Assembly: GCA_035509135.1 (NCBI GenBank) | Contig: DATJLX010000012.1 | Location: 1 to 51,214, forward strand | Direction: 5' to 3' | DNA: 51,214 nucleotides | Origin: Methylocella sp. | GTDB taxonomy: Bacteria > Pseudomonadota > Alphaproteobacteria > Rhizobiales > Beijerinckiaceae | Shown: positions 10,915 through 21,827 of the stretch, in pieces | How positions within the stretch are numbered: position 1 is the stretch's first letter | How the letters are laid out: the number at the start of each line of letters is the position of its first letter | Notes under the pieces: model-generated | Told to the model about the DNA's origin: nothing | The model's input: only the letters and a program-made list of their open reading frames with translations | Database searches by the model: none | Made by a program: the position numbers and the translations under genes

Positions 10915-11412
10915 ATGAGCGATTCAGCGGCAAGCGATCATGGCCACACTATGCGCGCACGGATCTTTGTGCGTGTCCAAAAAGAGAATTTCGATGCCGT
11001 GGCTGAAGCGGCCAAGCTGACGCAAGGGCGCGGCGACATTGGCGCGGTTGTTACTTTCACGGGGCTTTGCCGTGACGAAATGGGGACGCTCACGGCGCTC
11101 GAAATCGAGCATTATCCCGGGATGGCGGAAGGCGAAATCACCCGCGTCGCGCGGGAGGCCGCATCCCGCTGGCCACTCGAAGGCATTGTCGCCATTCACC
11201 GCCATGGCTTGATCCGGCCGGGTGAGTCGATCGTGCTTGTGGTGACCGCGAGTGCGCATCGCTTCGAGGCTTTCGCGGCCGCGTCGTTTCTCATGGATTA
11301 TCTGAAGACCGAGGCACCGTTCTGGAAAAAGCAACATTTCAGCGGCGGCACAGGCGCTTGGGTCGAGGCGAAAGCGCAAGATCAAGCCGCCGTGCAAAAA
11401 TGGCGGGCCTGA
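10915..11412 (+). CDS. moaE: Molybdopterin synthase catalytic subunit
   Basis: GAVVTFTG, EHYPGMA, HR.G, SAHR, MDYLKTEAPFWKK. Confidence 0.95.
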   Translation: MSDSAASDHGHTMRARIFVRVQKENFDAVAEAAKLTQGRGDIGAVVTFTGLCRDEMGTLTALEIEHYPGMAEGEITRVAREAASRWPLEGIVAIHRHGLIRPGESIVLVVTASAHRFEAFAAASFLMDYLKTEAPFWKKQHFSGGTGAWVEAKAQDQAAVQKWRA

Positions 11413-11559
11413 GGGCCTGACATGACTGACCGTTGGCAATCCGTGCACCGGGCCGCTAGGGCGGACGGCCGGGGATTAAGGGCGCTCGCCGCAATTGCCG
11501 ACCGGTTGCCTTTTGGTATTCCTAGCCGCTGCGAAACTTGGCTTGGCAACAAGTATTAA

Positions 11560-11636
<77 letters not shown>

Positions 11637-11796
11637 GCATCGGAGCGGCGCGACCCCGCATGGAAGACCTGCCGGATAGGATAGGTGCGAGGCCAAGTCA
11701 AGCGCGGCGCGGGACTTTGCCGTCCGCCGGAACCCTCCCGGGCGCAAGCGCCGCTCTCAGCGGCGATCGCGTCCGCCGCTTGCGGATCTGCCGCCG

Positions 11797-11872
11797 TGGT
11801 GGGCGGTGACGGGCTCGAACCGCCGACCCTCTCGGTGTAAACGAGATGCTCTACCAACTGAGCTAACCGCCC
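11797..11872 (-). tRNA. tRNA-Val(TAC)
   Basis: GGGCGGTTAGCTCAGTTGGTAGAGCATCTCGTTTACACCGAGA...GGTTCGAGCC...CACCA; 76 nt. Confidence 0.96.
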
Positions 11873-11968
11873 GCGATCAATGTGTCGCCGGCGGTGGTCG
11901 CACACTGGATTGCGAGCGTCAATGTCCACGCTGCTTTACTTTCGCGCCGCAGCGCCGTCTGCTTAGGT

Positions 11969-12778
11969 TTATATCGCAACTGGCGCCGCGATCGGAGGAT
12001 GCGGGTCATAACCCTCGAGAAGGATGTCTTCAAAGCGGTAATCAAAGATCGAACCGACTGTTGGGTTGAGAGTGAGCCGCGGCAAGGGACGCGGCGTCCG
12101 GGTAAGCTGAAGGCGGGCCTGTCCAAGATGATTCTGATAGAGATGCGCATCGCCAAAGCTATGCACGAAATCGCCCAAGTCGAGACCTGTCACATGCGCG
12201 ACCATCGCAGTCAGCAGGGCGTAGCTCGCGATGTTGAAAGGCACACCCAAAAACACATCCGCCGATCGCTGATAGAGCTGGCATGAGAGCTTTTTTTTGC
12301 CTTCCGTGCCCTCGGCGACATAAAACTGAAACAGGCAATGGCAGGGTGCGAGCGCCATCGCCGGCAGGTCGGCGGGGTTCCATGCGGTGACGATCAAACG
12401 GCGGGAAAACGGATTCTTTTTGATTTCCTCGACGACCCCGGAAATCTGGTCGATGACACGCCCATCGGGGGCCTGCCACGCCCGCCACTGCTTGCCATAG
12501 ACCGGTCCAAGATCACCGTTCCGGTCGGCCCATTCGTCCCAAATGCCGACTCCCTGTTCCTTCAGATAGGCGATATTGGTCTCGCCGCGCAAAAACCATA
12601 ACAACTCATGGACGATCGATTTCCAGTGCAGCTTCTTAGTGGTGATGAGCGGGAACCCCGCGCTCAAGGCATGCCGCATCTGATAGCCAAAGATCGACCG
12701 GGTTCCGGTCCCGGTGCGGTCGGCCTTGCCCTCGCCGTCCCGGAGGATCTTGGCGAGAAGATCAAGATAGGCTTGCAT
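11969..12778 (-). CDS. thyA: Thymidylate synthase
   Basis: [49 protein letters not shown]. Confidence 0.97.
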   Translation of the reverse strand: MQAYLDLLAKILRDGEGKADRTGTGTRSIFGYQMRHALSAGFPLITTKKLHWKSIVHELLWFLRGETNIAYLKEQGVGIWDEWADRNGDLGPVYGKQWRAWQAPDGRVIDQISGVVEEIKKNPFSRRLIVTAWNPADLPAMALAPCHCLFQFYVAEGTEGKKKLSCQLYQRSADVFLGVPFNIASYALLTAMVAHVTGLDLGDFVHSFGDAHLYQNHLGQARLQLTRTPRPLPRLTLNPTVGSIFDYRFEDILLEGYDPHPPIAAPVAI

Positions 12779-12876
12779 GCGCGCGAACTCTTCATCCCTC
12801 TCCGGATGGCGGCGAAAATCCATTGCCGCGGCCGCGCGTCAAGGCGTGGCACGATGACGGGCGGCCAAAAATCGCG

Positions 12877-13377
12877 CTAGGCAGCGAGGCCAAGGCTTGC
12901 CGAGATCTGGGCGAGCGTCGCTTTTTCGGCTTCGCTAATCGTCACGCCGCCAAATCCGAGAAACCCGCCTTCAGCCGAAGCCTCGGCGACGGACTGGCTG
13001 ATATGCTGGAGCCAGCCCTTGAAGGCCGTGGAATCGGCCGGTGACTTCGCGCCGACGATAGCCGATGCTTGCCTAAGGATTTCAAGGGATTTGGCGACGA
13101 TCTCGGCGGGCATTTTACCGGCGAGCTGCATCCGCAGCCCGTCGCGTGCGGCCGCCCGCCCATCGCCTGTCTCGAACTCCCCCGCGATCGCCTTGATAAG
13201 CTCAGTGGCATTGGCATCATGTTTCGCGCCGATGACCGCCCGCGCGGTGGCCATGCTTTCCTTGAGCGTTCCCCAAAGTCCACTGGGATCGGCCGCGGTC
13301 ACCGCGAGCCCCGCCATCATCACGCTTTCCAGAAGCGTTTTCCATTCATCGGGAGTAAAATCTGTTCTACCTGCCAT
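12877..13377 (-). CDS. Conserved hypothetical protein (ends VAEA..EGGFLGFGG..IS.AEK)
   Basis: Genome-typical codon usage and GGAGG RBS; co-oriented with and just upstream of thyA. Confidence 0.75.
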   Translation of the reverse strand: MAGRTDFTPDEWKTLLESVMMAGLAVTAADPSGLWGTLKESMATARAVIGAKHDANATELIKAIAGEFETGDGRAAARDGLRMQLAGKMPAEIVAKSLEILRQASAIVGAKSPADSTAFKGWLQHISQSVAEASAEGGFLGFGGVTISEAEKATLAQISASLGLAA

Positions 13378-13599
13378 GGCTTTTCCTCCTCTGCGGCACC
13401 GATTCGCGCACCGCTCATAAAAGCGTCTTGAAACGCCTCTTATTTTTCAAAACCGCAGCCGTGAAGCCGGCACACCTGTTTTGTATGCTTACAGCGCCGG
13501 TCGTCCCGAGCCAAGACCGGCTTCGTGCAAAAGCTGGCGCAGAACATCCGATCTTGTCGAGATGGATGCCTTCGAAGGCAGGCCATCGCCGTCATGGTC

Positions 13600-13608
13600 T
13601 TATCCACA
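13600..13608 (+). promoter_or_regulatory. Consensus DnaA box
   Basis: TTATCCACA in the divergent promoter region between the hyp-thyA unit and ssrA. Confidence 0.4.
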
Positions 13609-13647
13609 CAGCTGGCCGCCGCTTTTGTTTGAATTGAGCCTTTCCCT

Positions 13648-13676
13648 TTGAAAAGGGCGCTGTCATGCTATATTTA
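13648..13676 (+). promoter_or_regulatory. Sigma70-type promoter of ssrA
   Basis: TTGAAA followed about 15-17 nt later by GCTATATTTA, immediately upstream of the tmRNA. Confidence 0.55.
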
Positions 13677-13680
13677 AAAT

Positions 13681-14010
13681 GCCGCCTCGCGCGGCTATGG
13701 CGATAAACGGTGTCGAAATAAGCTCTTCGGACCCGGGGGCGGTACCCGGCGCCTCCACCAAAGCCCACTCCGCAAGTTTCACGGCGCGGCGCGGGTTTTG
13801 GCGGGGGCGAAATAGGTTCGACGGGGAGTGTAAAGGACAAACTTTCGCTCGGCATGGTTCCGCCGTCATCGGGCCGAACTTATAGTTGCCAACGACAACT
13901 ATGCTCCGGTGGCTGTTGCCGCGTAATGCGGTAGTGGTACCGAAATCAAGTCCTTGGAGGTAGCACTTCAAGGCGGGGTCCGGAGGCACCTGGCAACAGA
14001 AGCCTCCACT
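13681..14010 (+). ncRNA. ssrA: Permuted two-piece tmRNA; ends approximate; tag peptide ANDNYAPVAVAA
   Basis: Acceptor piece ends CCCGGCGCCTCCACCA (13760). Intervening loop, then coding piece starting GGGGGCGAAATAGG (13803). Tag reading frame 13888-13926. Adjacent to sspB. Confidence 0.95.
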
Positions 14011-14136
14011 TTTAGCGTGAAGCGATAAAGCTTGCTGGCTTTTTGAATGAGATGTGAGAAATAGTAAGGTCCCGGTGTTCGGATCTGAGTTTCATGATGG
14101 GATTGTCTTCCAAGATAGGCTGAACAGGCGGATTGA

Positions 14137-14700
14137 ATGTCGAATGACCTGATCCGTTATGATCTTCTTGTCCAGGATGCCCTGCGCGGGGTCATTCGCC
14201 AGGTTCTGTCCAGCGCGGCGCGCGACGGCCTTCCGGGAGATCATCACTTTTATATCAGCTTTCGCACGCATGCGCGTGGCGTTCGGCTTTCAGCCCGGAT
14301 GCGTGAGCTCTATCCGGATGAAATGACGATCATTCTACAGCATCAATTTTGGGATCTGAGCGTTGCCGAGGACTCCTTCGAAGTGGGGTTGTCCTTCCGG
14401 AATGTGCCGGAAATGCTGCTTATTCCATTCGAGGCCGTAACCCGTTTTTTCGATCCTTCCGTCGGTTTCGAGGCGAAATTCGCGGTCGAGGACGAGGCCA
14501 TGGAGACCACTCCCGCAAAGATCGAGCCGGTGCGGCAGCCACCGGCGAGCGTCAGCGTCTTGGAAACCCCGGAGGCCGCAATGGCACCGCAACAAAAGGA
14601 CCCACGCGGCACCGTGGAGACCGGGCCTGCGGAGGAGACGGCCGCGCGCCAAAGCGAGGCCAATGTCGTGTCAATCGACGCTTTTCGCAAAAAGAGCTAG
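14137..14700 (+). CDS. sspB: ClpXP adaptor SspB (alphaproteobacterial type)
   Basis: IRYD..VQDALRGV, LPGDHHFYI, YPDEMTIILQHQFWDL, C-terminal VVSIDAFRKK. Confidence 0.93.
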   Translation: MSNDLIRYDLLVQDALRGVIRQVLSSAARDGLPGDHHFYISFRTHARGVRLSARMRELYPDEMTIILQHQFWDLSVAEDSFEVGLSFRNVPEMLLIPFEAVTRFFDPSVGFEAKFAVEDEAMETTPAKIEPVRQPPASVSVLETPEAAMAPQQKDPRGTVETGPAEETAARQSEANVVSIDAFRKKS

Positions 14701-14755
14701 AGAAATCTCGACCATGATCTTAAGAACTCGAAACGTTTTGAAGATGATCATGCAC
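14697..14755. repeat. Degenerate palindromic miniature repeat beginning at the sspB TAG
   Basis: CTAGAG...CATGATC-N26-GATCATG, same layout as 10851-10899. Confidence 0.55.
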
Positions 14756-15043
14756 GGAAAGATTAAGCGAAATCGTCCATCCGCGCCTGACGGTTCGAAA
14801 AGTCAGGTAGCGGACTCATAACGTCATGACGCGGGATTGGTGCGTTTTCCCGGCATTAAAATTGGCTTCTTTGCCCTCTCTGCGCGGGGCGCCTAGCTTG
14901 CTCAACGCGCGTTTATGCCGCAAGGTGGCTGGTTGCGCTAAGCCGGTGTTTGTGGTTTTGAACCGGCTGTCCCAAGCGCTTATCAACATGCGCGGGAACC
15001 TTGACAGACGCGCCATAATAGGCTGCGGCCGGAGAGCCGACAG

Positions 15044-15937
15044 ATGAGTTTTACCAGAACAGCCGCCCGTTGCATCGCAATTTTGGGCACGGGCTTATTG
15101 CCACGAATCATGGGGCCTGCGGTATTGTTGCCCGGCGCGGCCCGCGCCGATGGGTATCCTCTGCCGGGGCAAATCGGTTTCCAGGAAGCCGTCACGCCGA
15201 TTGCCCATGAGCTTGAATTTTTCCACAACTGGATTTTGTTGCCCATCATTGTAACGATCTGCCTGTTCGTTTTGGCTCTCCTCATCTACGTTGTTTTCAG
15301 ATTCAACGAAAAAGCCAATCCAACGCCTGCACGGACAACTCATCATTCCGGTCTTGAAGTGGCATGGACGGTGACCCCGGTGATGATTCTTGTCGTCATC
15401 GCCATTCCGTCGTTTCGTCTCCTCACCCATCAATTAACCATGCCGCCGGCGGACATCACGATGAAAGTGACCGGCAAGCAATGGTACTGGACCTATACAT
15501 ATCCCAAGGATCAGGGTGGCGGGTTCGAGTTCGATTCAACGATGATCCAGCCTGCCGACCTGAAACCGGGCGATATCCGCCAGCTTTCCGTCGATAATGA
15601 AGCGGTCGTACCCGTCGGCAAAGTTGTCCATGTCCAGGTCACCGCGGCGGACGTCATTCACTCCTTCACCGTTCCCTCTTTTGGCATTCGCATCGATGCT
15701 GTCCCCGGCCGGATGAACGATACATGGTTCAAGGCTGAACGCGAAGGCATTTACTATGGGCAGTGTTCGAAGATTTGCGGCAAGGATCATTCCGATATGC
15801 CGATTGCCATTCGCGTCGTAAGCGAGGAAAATTATGCGGCGTGGCTAGCGGAAGCGAGCAAGAAATTCGCTTTACAGGATCCCCCGCCGGTCCATTACGC
15901 GGCGGCCATCGGCGCATCTGCAAGCGAGCGGCGATAG
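15044..15937 (+). CDS. coxB: Cytochrome c oxidase subunit II
   Basis: LEVAWT, GKQWYW, DVIHSF, DAVPGR; CuA motif C-x3-C-x3-H-x2-M ([12 protein letters not shown]). Confidence 0.96.
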   Translation: MSFTRTAARCIAILGTGLLPRIMGPAVLLPGAARADGYPLPGQIGFQEAVTPIAHELEFFHNWILLPIIVTICLFVLALLIYVVFRFNEKANPTPARTTHHSGLEVAWTVTPVMILVVIAIPSFRLLTHQLTMPPADITMKVTGKQWYWTYTYPKDQGGGFEFDSTMIQPADLKPGDIRQLSVDNEAVVPVGKVVHVQVTAADVIHSFTVPSFGIRIDAVPGRMNDTWFKAEREGIYYGQCSKICGKDHSDMPIAIRVVSEENYAAWLAEASKKFALQDPPPVHYAAAIGASASERR

Positions 15938-15969
15938 TCAAGCCGCAAACAAATCATTCGAGGAGACCC

Positions 15970-17661
15970 GTGTTGTCTGTGAACACATTGGAACGCACCG
16001 TGGAACACCACGAAGATCATGATGCGCATTCCCCTCCAACCGGGTGGCGGCGTTATCTCTTCGCGACCAATCACAAGGATATCGGCACTCTCTATATCCT
16101 CTTCGCCATCGTGGCGGGCTTTATCGGTGGCGGCATGTCGATTTTGATGCGCATGGAACTGCAGGAGCCCGGCATTCAGATCTTCAATCATCTCGCTCAA
16201 TATATCGACGGCGCGGCACCCGAGACCGCGATCGACGCGGCGAAGAATCTCTACAATGTCACCATCACCGCGCATGGCTTGATCATGATCTTTTTCGTGG
16301 TCATGCCCGCGTTGATCGGCGGCTTCGGGAATTGGTTCGTTCCCCTCATGATCGGCGCACCGGACATGGCCTTCCCGCGCATGAACAATATGTCGTTCTG
16401 GCTTCTGGTGTCGTCCTTCGCCCTAGCCTTGATCTCGATGTTCGTCGAAGGCGCCCCCGGGATGAAGGGATTTGGCGGCGGCTGGGTGCTTTATCCGCCC
16501 CTCTCGGCCAATACAGGCCATCCGGGCCCGGCGATGGATTTCATTATCCTGTCCATCCATCTGGCGGGTGCGTCTTCGATCCTTGGCGCGATCAATTTCA
16601 TCACCACGATTTTCAACATGCGAGCACCTGGCATGACAATGCATAAAATGCCGCTCTTCGCATGGTCGATCTTGGTGACGGCCTTCCTGCTGGTGCTGAC
16701 CCTGCCGGTGCTTGCCGGTGCGATCACCATGCTTCTCACCGATCGCAATTTCGGCACCACTTTTTTCGATCCCTCAGGCGGGGGCGACCCGCTTTTGTTC
16801 CAGCATTTGTTCTGGTTCTTCGGGCATCCGGAAGTCTATATCCTGATCCTGCCTGGCTTTGGCATCATCAGTCACATCATTTCGACGTTTTCGCGCAAGC
16901 CTATCTTCGGTTATCTCGGCATGGCTTATGCCATGGTCGCGATTGGAATCGTCGGCTTGGTGGTCTGGGCGCACCATATGTATACGGTTGGCCTGTCGCT
17001 CGATACGCAACGCTATTTCGTCTTCGCCACCATGGTGATCGCGGTGCCGACTGGCATTAAGGTGTTTTCCTGGATCGCGACCATGTGGGGTGGTTCGATC
17101 TCGTTCAGGCCGCCAATGCTGTGGGCGATTGGGTTTATTTTCCTGTTCACGGTCGGCGGCGTCACCGGTGTTGTTCTCGCCAACGCGGGCGTCGACCGGG
17201 CCTTGCATGAAACCTACTACGTCGTTGCGCATTTCCACTATGTGCTTTCGCTCGGAGCCGTGTTCGCGATCTTCGCCGGGTTTTATTATTGGTTCCCGAA
17301 GATGACCGGCTATATGTATAATGAAACGATCGCCGCGGCGCATTTCTGGGTGATCTTTATCAGCGTGAACATCACCTTTTTTCCGCAGCATTTCCTGGGC
17401 CTTGCAGGCATGCCGCGCCGCTACATTGATTATCCAGATGCATTTACTCTTTGGAACCGTGTTTCCTCGTTCGGTGCCTATCTTTCCGCCATCGGCGCCG
17501 TTTTATTCCTCTATGTGATCTATGACGCATTCGCCAAGAAAAGACTCGCCGGCAACAATCCCTGGGGACCTGGAGCGACCACGCTTGAATGGACCTTGTC
17601 GTCGCCACCTCCCTTCCACACATACGAGACGCTGCCCATCATTGGCGGTTCGGAGCATTAG
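15970..17661 (+). CDS. coxA: Cytochrome c oxidase subunit I (A1 type); start GTG/TTG approximate
   Basis: [39 protein letters not shown]; AGGAGA RBS at 15961. Confidence 0.97.
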   Translation: MLSVNTLERTVEHHEDHDAHSPPTGWRRYLFATNHKDIGTLYILFAIVAGFIGGGMSILMRMELQEPGIQIFNHLAQYIDGAAPETAIDAAKNLYNVTITAHGLIMIFFVVMPALIGGFGNWFVPLMIGAPDMAFPRMNNMSFWLLVSSFALALISMFVEGAPGMKGFGGGWVLYPPLSANTGHPGPAMDFIILSIHLAGASSILGAINFITTIFNMRAPGMTMHKMPLFAWSILVTAFLLVLTLPVLAGAITMLLTDRNFGTTFFDPSGGGDPLLFQHLFWFFGHPEVYILILPGFGIISHIISTFSRKPIFGYLGMAYAMVAIGIVGLVVWAHHMYTVGLSLDTQRYFVFATMVIAVPTGIKVFSWIATMWGGSISFRPPMLWAIGFIFLFTVGGVTGVVLANAGVDRALHETYYVVAHFHYVLSLGAVFAIFAGFYYWFPKMTGYMYNETIAAAHFWVIFISVNITFFPQHFLGLAGMPRRYIDYPDAFTLWNRVSSFGAYLSAIGAVLFLYVIYDAFAKKRLAGNNPWGPGATTLEWTLSSPPPFHTYETLPIIGGSEH

Positions 17662-17741
17662 AAGCGCCACCCCATCATAATTGTCGTGCTTGGGTTTCGA
17701 AGTCAAAATCCGGCGTGGACACACGCCCCGAAACGGTGAAA

Positions 17742-18698
17742 ATGAGTTTCATCAGCGAAAGCCACATCGGCGCTACCCAAAGTTACCCGGTTTCGATCGC
17801 GCGTCCTTCCGATTATGTGGCGCTCCTGAAGCCGCGCGTCATGTCCTTGGTGATCTTCACGGCACTAACCGGAGTTCTTATCTCGCCGGTTCATGTGAAT
17901 CCGGTCATAGGCTTTGCCTCGCTGCTGGCGATTGCGATGGGCGCCGGGGCGTCGGGCGCTTTGAACATGTGGTATGATTCCGATATCGATGCGCTGATGC
18001 GGCGGACGCAGCGGCGTCCGATTCCAGCGGGCCGGATGCGAAAAGAGGACGCCCTTGGTTTTGGCTTGGTTCTTGCGGTTCTTGCGGTCATGACCTTGGG
18101 AATCGTCGCCAATTGGCTTGCCGCCGCCCTTCTGGCATTCACGATCTTTTTTTATGTCGCTATCTACACGATGTGGCTCAAGCGCTCGACGCCGCAGAAT
18201 ATCGTGATTGGCGGCGCCGCGGGGGCGTTGCCGCCAATCATCGGCTACGCCGCCGCAACAGGCGAGATCAGCCTCGCTTGCATGGCTCTTTTCGCCATTA
18301 TCTTTATTTGGACACCTCCACACTTCTGGGCCCTTGCCCTCGTGAAGGCCGAGGAATATGGGCGCGCCGGGGTTCCCATGCTTCCCAATGTGAAGGGCGC
18401 CGACCGAACCCGCCGCGATATTCTCTTGTATACGCTTCTTCTTGCCCCGCTTGGCCTCGTGCCATGGCTCATGGGCTTTGCCTCCTTAGCCTATGGCGTC
18501 ATCGCAGTCTCGCTTGGCGCGGCCATGCTGATCTTCTCGGCGCGCGTTCATCATAACCGAACGGGTTCGAAAGCCGACCGATGCGCGAAGCAATTGTTTG
18601 GCTTTTCGATCCTCTATCTTTTTCTGCTTTTCGCCGAAATTGCGAGCGAGCGGTTTATTGCCATTTTGGCGGCGAACCTGCCAGGATTGAGCCCATGA
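17742..18698 (+). CDS. ctaB: Protoheme IX farnesyltransferase (heme O synthase)
   Basis: [35 protein letters not shown]. Confidence 0.95.
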   Translation: MSFISESHIGATQSYPVSIARPSDYVALLKPRVMSLVIFTALTGVLISPVHVNPVIGFASLLAIAMGAGASGALNMWYDSDIDALMRRTQRRPIPAGRMRKEDALGFGLVLAVLAVMTLGIVANWLAAALLAFTIFFYVAIYTMWLKRSTPQNIVIGGAAGALPPIIGYAAATGEISLACMALFAIIFIWTPPHFWALALVKAEEYGRAGVPMLPNVKGADRTRRDILLYTLLLAPLGLVPWLMGFASLAYGVIAVSLGAAMLIFSARVHHNRTGSKADRCAKQLFGFSILYLFLLFAEIASERFIAILAANLPGLSP

Positions 18699-18862
18699 AG
18701 ATGGAAAGCAAAATGCCGGGTGTCGTGCTGACACCGGAGCAGCAGAAAACCAGACGTCAACGCAATATCGCGATCGGCCTCGCGATAGGCGGCTTCGCCT
18801 TGTTGTTCTATATCGTCACAATTGCCAAGCTTGGGCCAGGTGTGCTCAACAGGCCCTTGTGA
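18695..18862 (+). CDS. Small membrane protein of cox operons (CoxF-like)
   Basis: [25 protein letters not shown]; ATGA overlap with ctaB. Confidence 0.75.
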   Translation: MKMESKMPGVVLTPEQQKTRRQRNIAIGLAIGGFALLFYIVTIAKLGPGVLNRPL

Positions 18863-18872
18863 GTTCCGCACC

Positions 18873-19466
18873 GTGAGTCCGCAGGAAATTCCCCTGGTGC
18901 CCAAGGTTCGTCGCCACCTGCTCATTGCCGCAATGGCCGGGGCAGTGAGTCTCGCCATGCTCGGGCTTTCCTTTGCCGCGGTCCCGCTTTACCGCCTCTT
19001 TTGTGCGGCGACCGGATTCGCTGGCACGCCGCAGGTCGCCAAGCTGCCGTCCGCGTCAAAAGGCCTGCGGGATTTAACCGTTCGGTTTGATGCCAATGTC
19101 GCCCCTGGACTCGCCTGGACATTCGAACCCGAGACGCCCGCGATCAAGCTTCGCACGGGGGAGACCGCGACCATCTATTATAAGGTCACGAATATGTTGG
19201 ATCGCGCCACGGCGGCTCAGGCGATGTTCAACGTGAGCCCGGAAAGCGCTGGCGCCTATTTCGACAAGCTCGCCTGCTTCTGTTTCAGCGAGCAGAAGCT
19301 CGAGCCCCGCGAAACAGTGGAACTGCCGGTTGTGTTTTTCCTCGATCCGGCGCTTGAAAAAGATGCCACCATGTCAAGGGTAGAGGAAATCACCCTTTCC
19401 TACACTTTTTTCGCGGCTAAGCCACCGGCGAGCGCGGAGATGGCGGCGAAGGAGAAGCACTTTTAA
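18873..19466 (+). CDS. ctaG: Cytochrome c oxidase copper chaperone CtaG/Cox11
   Basis: [34 protein letters not shown]. Confidence 0.94.
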   Translation: MSPQEIPLVPKVRRHLLIAAMAGAVSLAMLGLSFAAVPLYRLFCAATGFAGTPQVAKLPSASKGLRDLTVRFDANVAPGLAWTFEPETPAIKLRTGETATIYYKVTNMLDRATAAQAMFNVSPESAGAYFDKLACFCFSEQKLEPRETVELPVVFFLDPALEKDATMSRVEEITLSYTFFAAKPPASAEMAAKEKHF

Positions 19467-19599
19467 CGAGACGTTTGGTCGCCTTGACCAGCGGCCCCTA
19501 TCGCGGCAAACGCCGTTTTTCGCGGCCAATATGTCCGGTCGCATTATTTTTGCGGCTTTTGTCAGGTCAGATTCACGAGCTGGGAGGAAGGCTAATCCG

Positions 19600-20463
19600 A
19601 TGGCGAATGCTCACGCGAAACCGAACCACGATTATCACCTCGTCGATCCCAGTCCCTGGCCGATCATCGGCGCCATGGCCGCCTTTCTTATGGCAGCCGG
19701 CGCGATCCTTTGGATGAAGCACATTTCCTTCAGCGGCATCAAACCTGGAAGCTATCTCTTCGGGGCCGGTCTCCTGGGCATTCTCTTCGTCATGTTTTCC
19801 TGGTGGAGCGATGTCATCAAGGAAGCGGAATATGGCGGATTTCATACGCGTGTGGTGCAGATCAGCCACCGCTATGGCATGATTCTGTTCATCGCGTCTG
19901 AGGTGATGTTCTTTGTTGCCTGGTTCTGGGCGTTCTTCGATGCGAGCCTATTTCCCGGCTTTGCCAACGAATATTCAAGGGCCGATTTCACCGGCGGGAT
20001 ATGGCCGCCCAAGGGCATCGAAGCGCTTGATCCGTGGCATTTCCCGCTCCTCAACACACTCATACTTCTGACCTCGGGCACGACCGTAACCTGGGCCCAT
20101 CATGCCCTTCTGCACGATGATCGCTTTGGCCTCAAGGCGGGGCTCATTCTGACGATCCTGCTGGGCGCCACCTTCACCGCGGTGCAAGCCTATGAATATG
20201 CCCACGCGCCATTCGCTTTCAAAGGCTCGATCTATGGCTCGACCTTTTTCATGGCAACCGGTTTTCATGGCTTTCACGTCATCATCGGAACGATTTTTCT
20301 CACGGTTTGCCTCCTGCGGGCCTTTGCCGGGCAATTTACCAGAAAACAGCACCTGGGTTTTGAATTCGCCGCCTGGTACTGGCATTTTGTCGATGTGGTC
20401 TGGCTGTTCCTGTTCGCCTGCATTTACGTGTGGGGCTCTTGGGGGGGCGCGATCGAACATTAA
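19600..20463 (+). CDS. coxC: Cytochrome c oxidase subunit III
   Basis: [36 protein letters not shown]. Confidence 0.97.
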   Translation: MANAHAKPNHDYHLVDPSPWPIIGAMAAFLMAAGAILWMKHISFSGIKPGSYLFGAGLLGILFVMFSWWSDVIKEAEYGGFHTRVVQISHRYGMILFIASEVMFFVAWFWAFFDASLFPGFANEYSRADFTGGIWPPKGIEALDPWHFPLLNTLILLTSGTTVTWAHHALLHDDRFGLKAGLILTILLGATFTAVQAYEYAHAPFAFKGSIYGSTFFMATGFHGFHVIIGTIFLTVCLLRAFAGQFTRKQHLGFEFAAWYWHFVDVVWLFLFACIYVWGSWGGAIEH

Positions 20464-20485
20464 GCGCGCCGGGTACGGCAAGCCG

Positions 20486-20512
20486 AGGGCGGCCTTGCGC
20501 CGCCCTTTTTAT
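20486..20512 (+). terminator. Rho-independent terminator after coxC
   Basis: AGGGCGGC-CTTGC-GCCGCCCT followed by TTTTATT. Confidence 0.7.
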
Positions 20513-20548
20513 TGCGCGCTCCGCTGAAAATGCTGCTAAGGAAGAAGG

Positions 20549-20926
20549 ATGAATTTTGAGGCGGAGTATGCCCGACAATCGCCGTTCCTTTGCGGCCTGA
20601 GGGGAACGTGCCCCCGCTGCGGCAGGAGCACCATCTTCAGGGGTTTTCTCGCACTCGCGCCGCGCTGCGGCAGTTGCGGGCTTGATTTAGGCTTTGCCGA
20701 TTCTGGCGACGGTCCAGCGGTCTTCGTCAGTCTCCTCGGCGGCTTTCTCGTGCTTGGCGCGGCCTTAGTGGTCGAATTGCGTTATGAACCACCGTTTTGG
20801 GTCCATCTTGTGATCTTTCTTCCTCTCACGCTCATTGTTTGTCTCGGTCTCCTGCGACCCCTCAAGGGCATACTCATTGCCTTGCAATACCGCAACGAGG
20901 CGAAACAAGGACGTTTGCAAGACTGA
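20549..20926 (+). CDS. DUF983 family zinc-ribbon membrane protein
   Basis: CPRCG..CxxCG, DSGDGPA, RPLKG.LIALQY; usual position between coxC and surf1. Confidence 0.85.
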   Translation: MNFEAEYARQSPFLCGLRGTCPRCGRSTIFRGFLALAPRCGSCGLDLGFADSGDGPAVFVSLLGGFLVLGAALVVELRYEPPFWVHLVIFLPLTLIVCLGLLRPLKGILIALQYRNEAKQGRLQD

Positions 20927-20929
20927 ACC

Positions 20930-21655
20930 ATGCCACGACATAAAGCACGCCTGATCGGGCCTGCCATCTTCACCGGTGTGGCCGCCGCCATTCTAGTGTC
21001 GTTAGGTTTGTGGCAACTTCACCGTCTGGCGTGGAAGGAAGGACTGATCGCTGAAATCGAGGCGCGGGCCAACGCGGCGCCGCAGCCTCTGCCGCCAGTC
21101 GCCGAATGGCCGAAGCTTCGTCCCCAGGATTACGAATACCGGCATGTCACGGCCGAAGGGGTATTCGAAAACGGCAAGCAAGCGCTGGTGTTCCGCGCCT
21201 CCGGCGGCGCGGCTGGCCTGCAACCTGGCTACCAGGTGATGACGCCCTTGCAGCTGACATCAGGTGGCACCGTCATCGTCAACCGCGGTTTCGTCCCGCT
21301 GGAACGCAAGGACCAAGCTACACGCCTTGCCGGGCTGATCCAAGGAGAAACCCAGGTCACCGGTCTGATGCGCCAGCCCGAGACCCGCAATTTTTTCACG
21401 CCCGCCGATAATCCCGCCGCTGGGACCTATTACACCCGCGATCCGGGGTTGATTGCCAAGCAATTCGGGTTGGCCTCCGCCGCGCCGTTCCTGATCGACG
21501 CCGACGCCATCCCCGTTCCTGGCGGCTGGCCGAAAGGCGGTGCAACGGAGCGCAACCTGCCCAACAATCATTTTTCCTACGCCTTGACCTGGTTCGGCCT
21601 CGCTTTGGCACTTCTTGGCGTTTTCACCGCGTTCGTTTGGCAAAAGCGTCAATAA
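20930..21655 (+). CDS. surf1: SURF1 family cytochrome oxidase assembly protein
   Basis: LGLWQLHRLAWK, VNRGFVP, NNHFSYALTWFGL. Confidence 0.93.
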   Translation: MPRHKARLIGPAIFTGVAAAILVSLGLWQLHRLAWKEGLIAEIEARANAAPQPLPPVAEWPKLRPQDYEYRHVTAEGVFENGKQALVFRASGGAAGLQPGYQVMTPLQLTSGGTVIVNRGFVPLERKDQATRLAGLIQGETQVTGLMRQPETRNFFTPADNPAAGTYYTRDPGLIAKQFGLASAAPFLIDADAIPVPGGWPKGGATERNLPNNHFSYALTWFGLALALLGVFTAFVWQKRQ

Positions 21656-21827
21656 AACCGGCGAGAAAGACCATTTGTCATTGTCAGAGTGTCTGCCATC
21701 ACAAAGATTGGGTATAGGGCTACAGATGGCGGCCTGAAGCGGAGCTGATAGGAAAGCCGCGCGGGTTCCGATTTCCCATTCGCTACTTTATGTTAGAGAG
21801 ACGAAAAGCCATCCAGCCGCGTGAAAG

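Noticed and set aside
13592-13989. ORFs over the tmRNA locus
   Set aside because: Explained by ssrA; only the tag frame is meaningful.
15763-15969. N-terminal extension of the 632-aa coxA ORF
   Set aside because: It overlaps coxB; the RBS at 15961 supports a later start.
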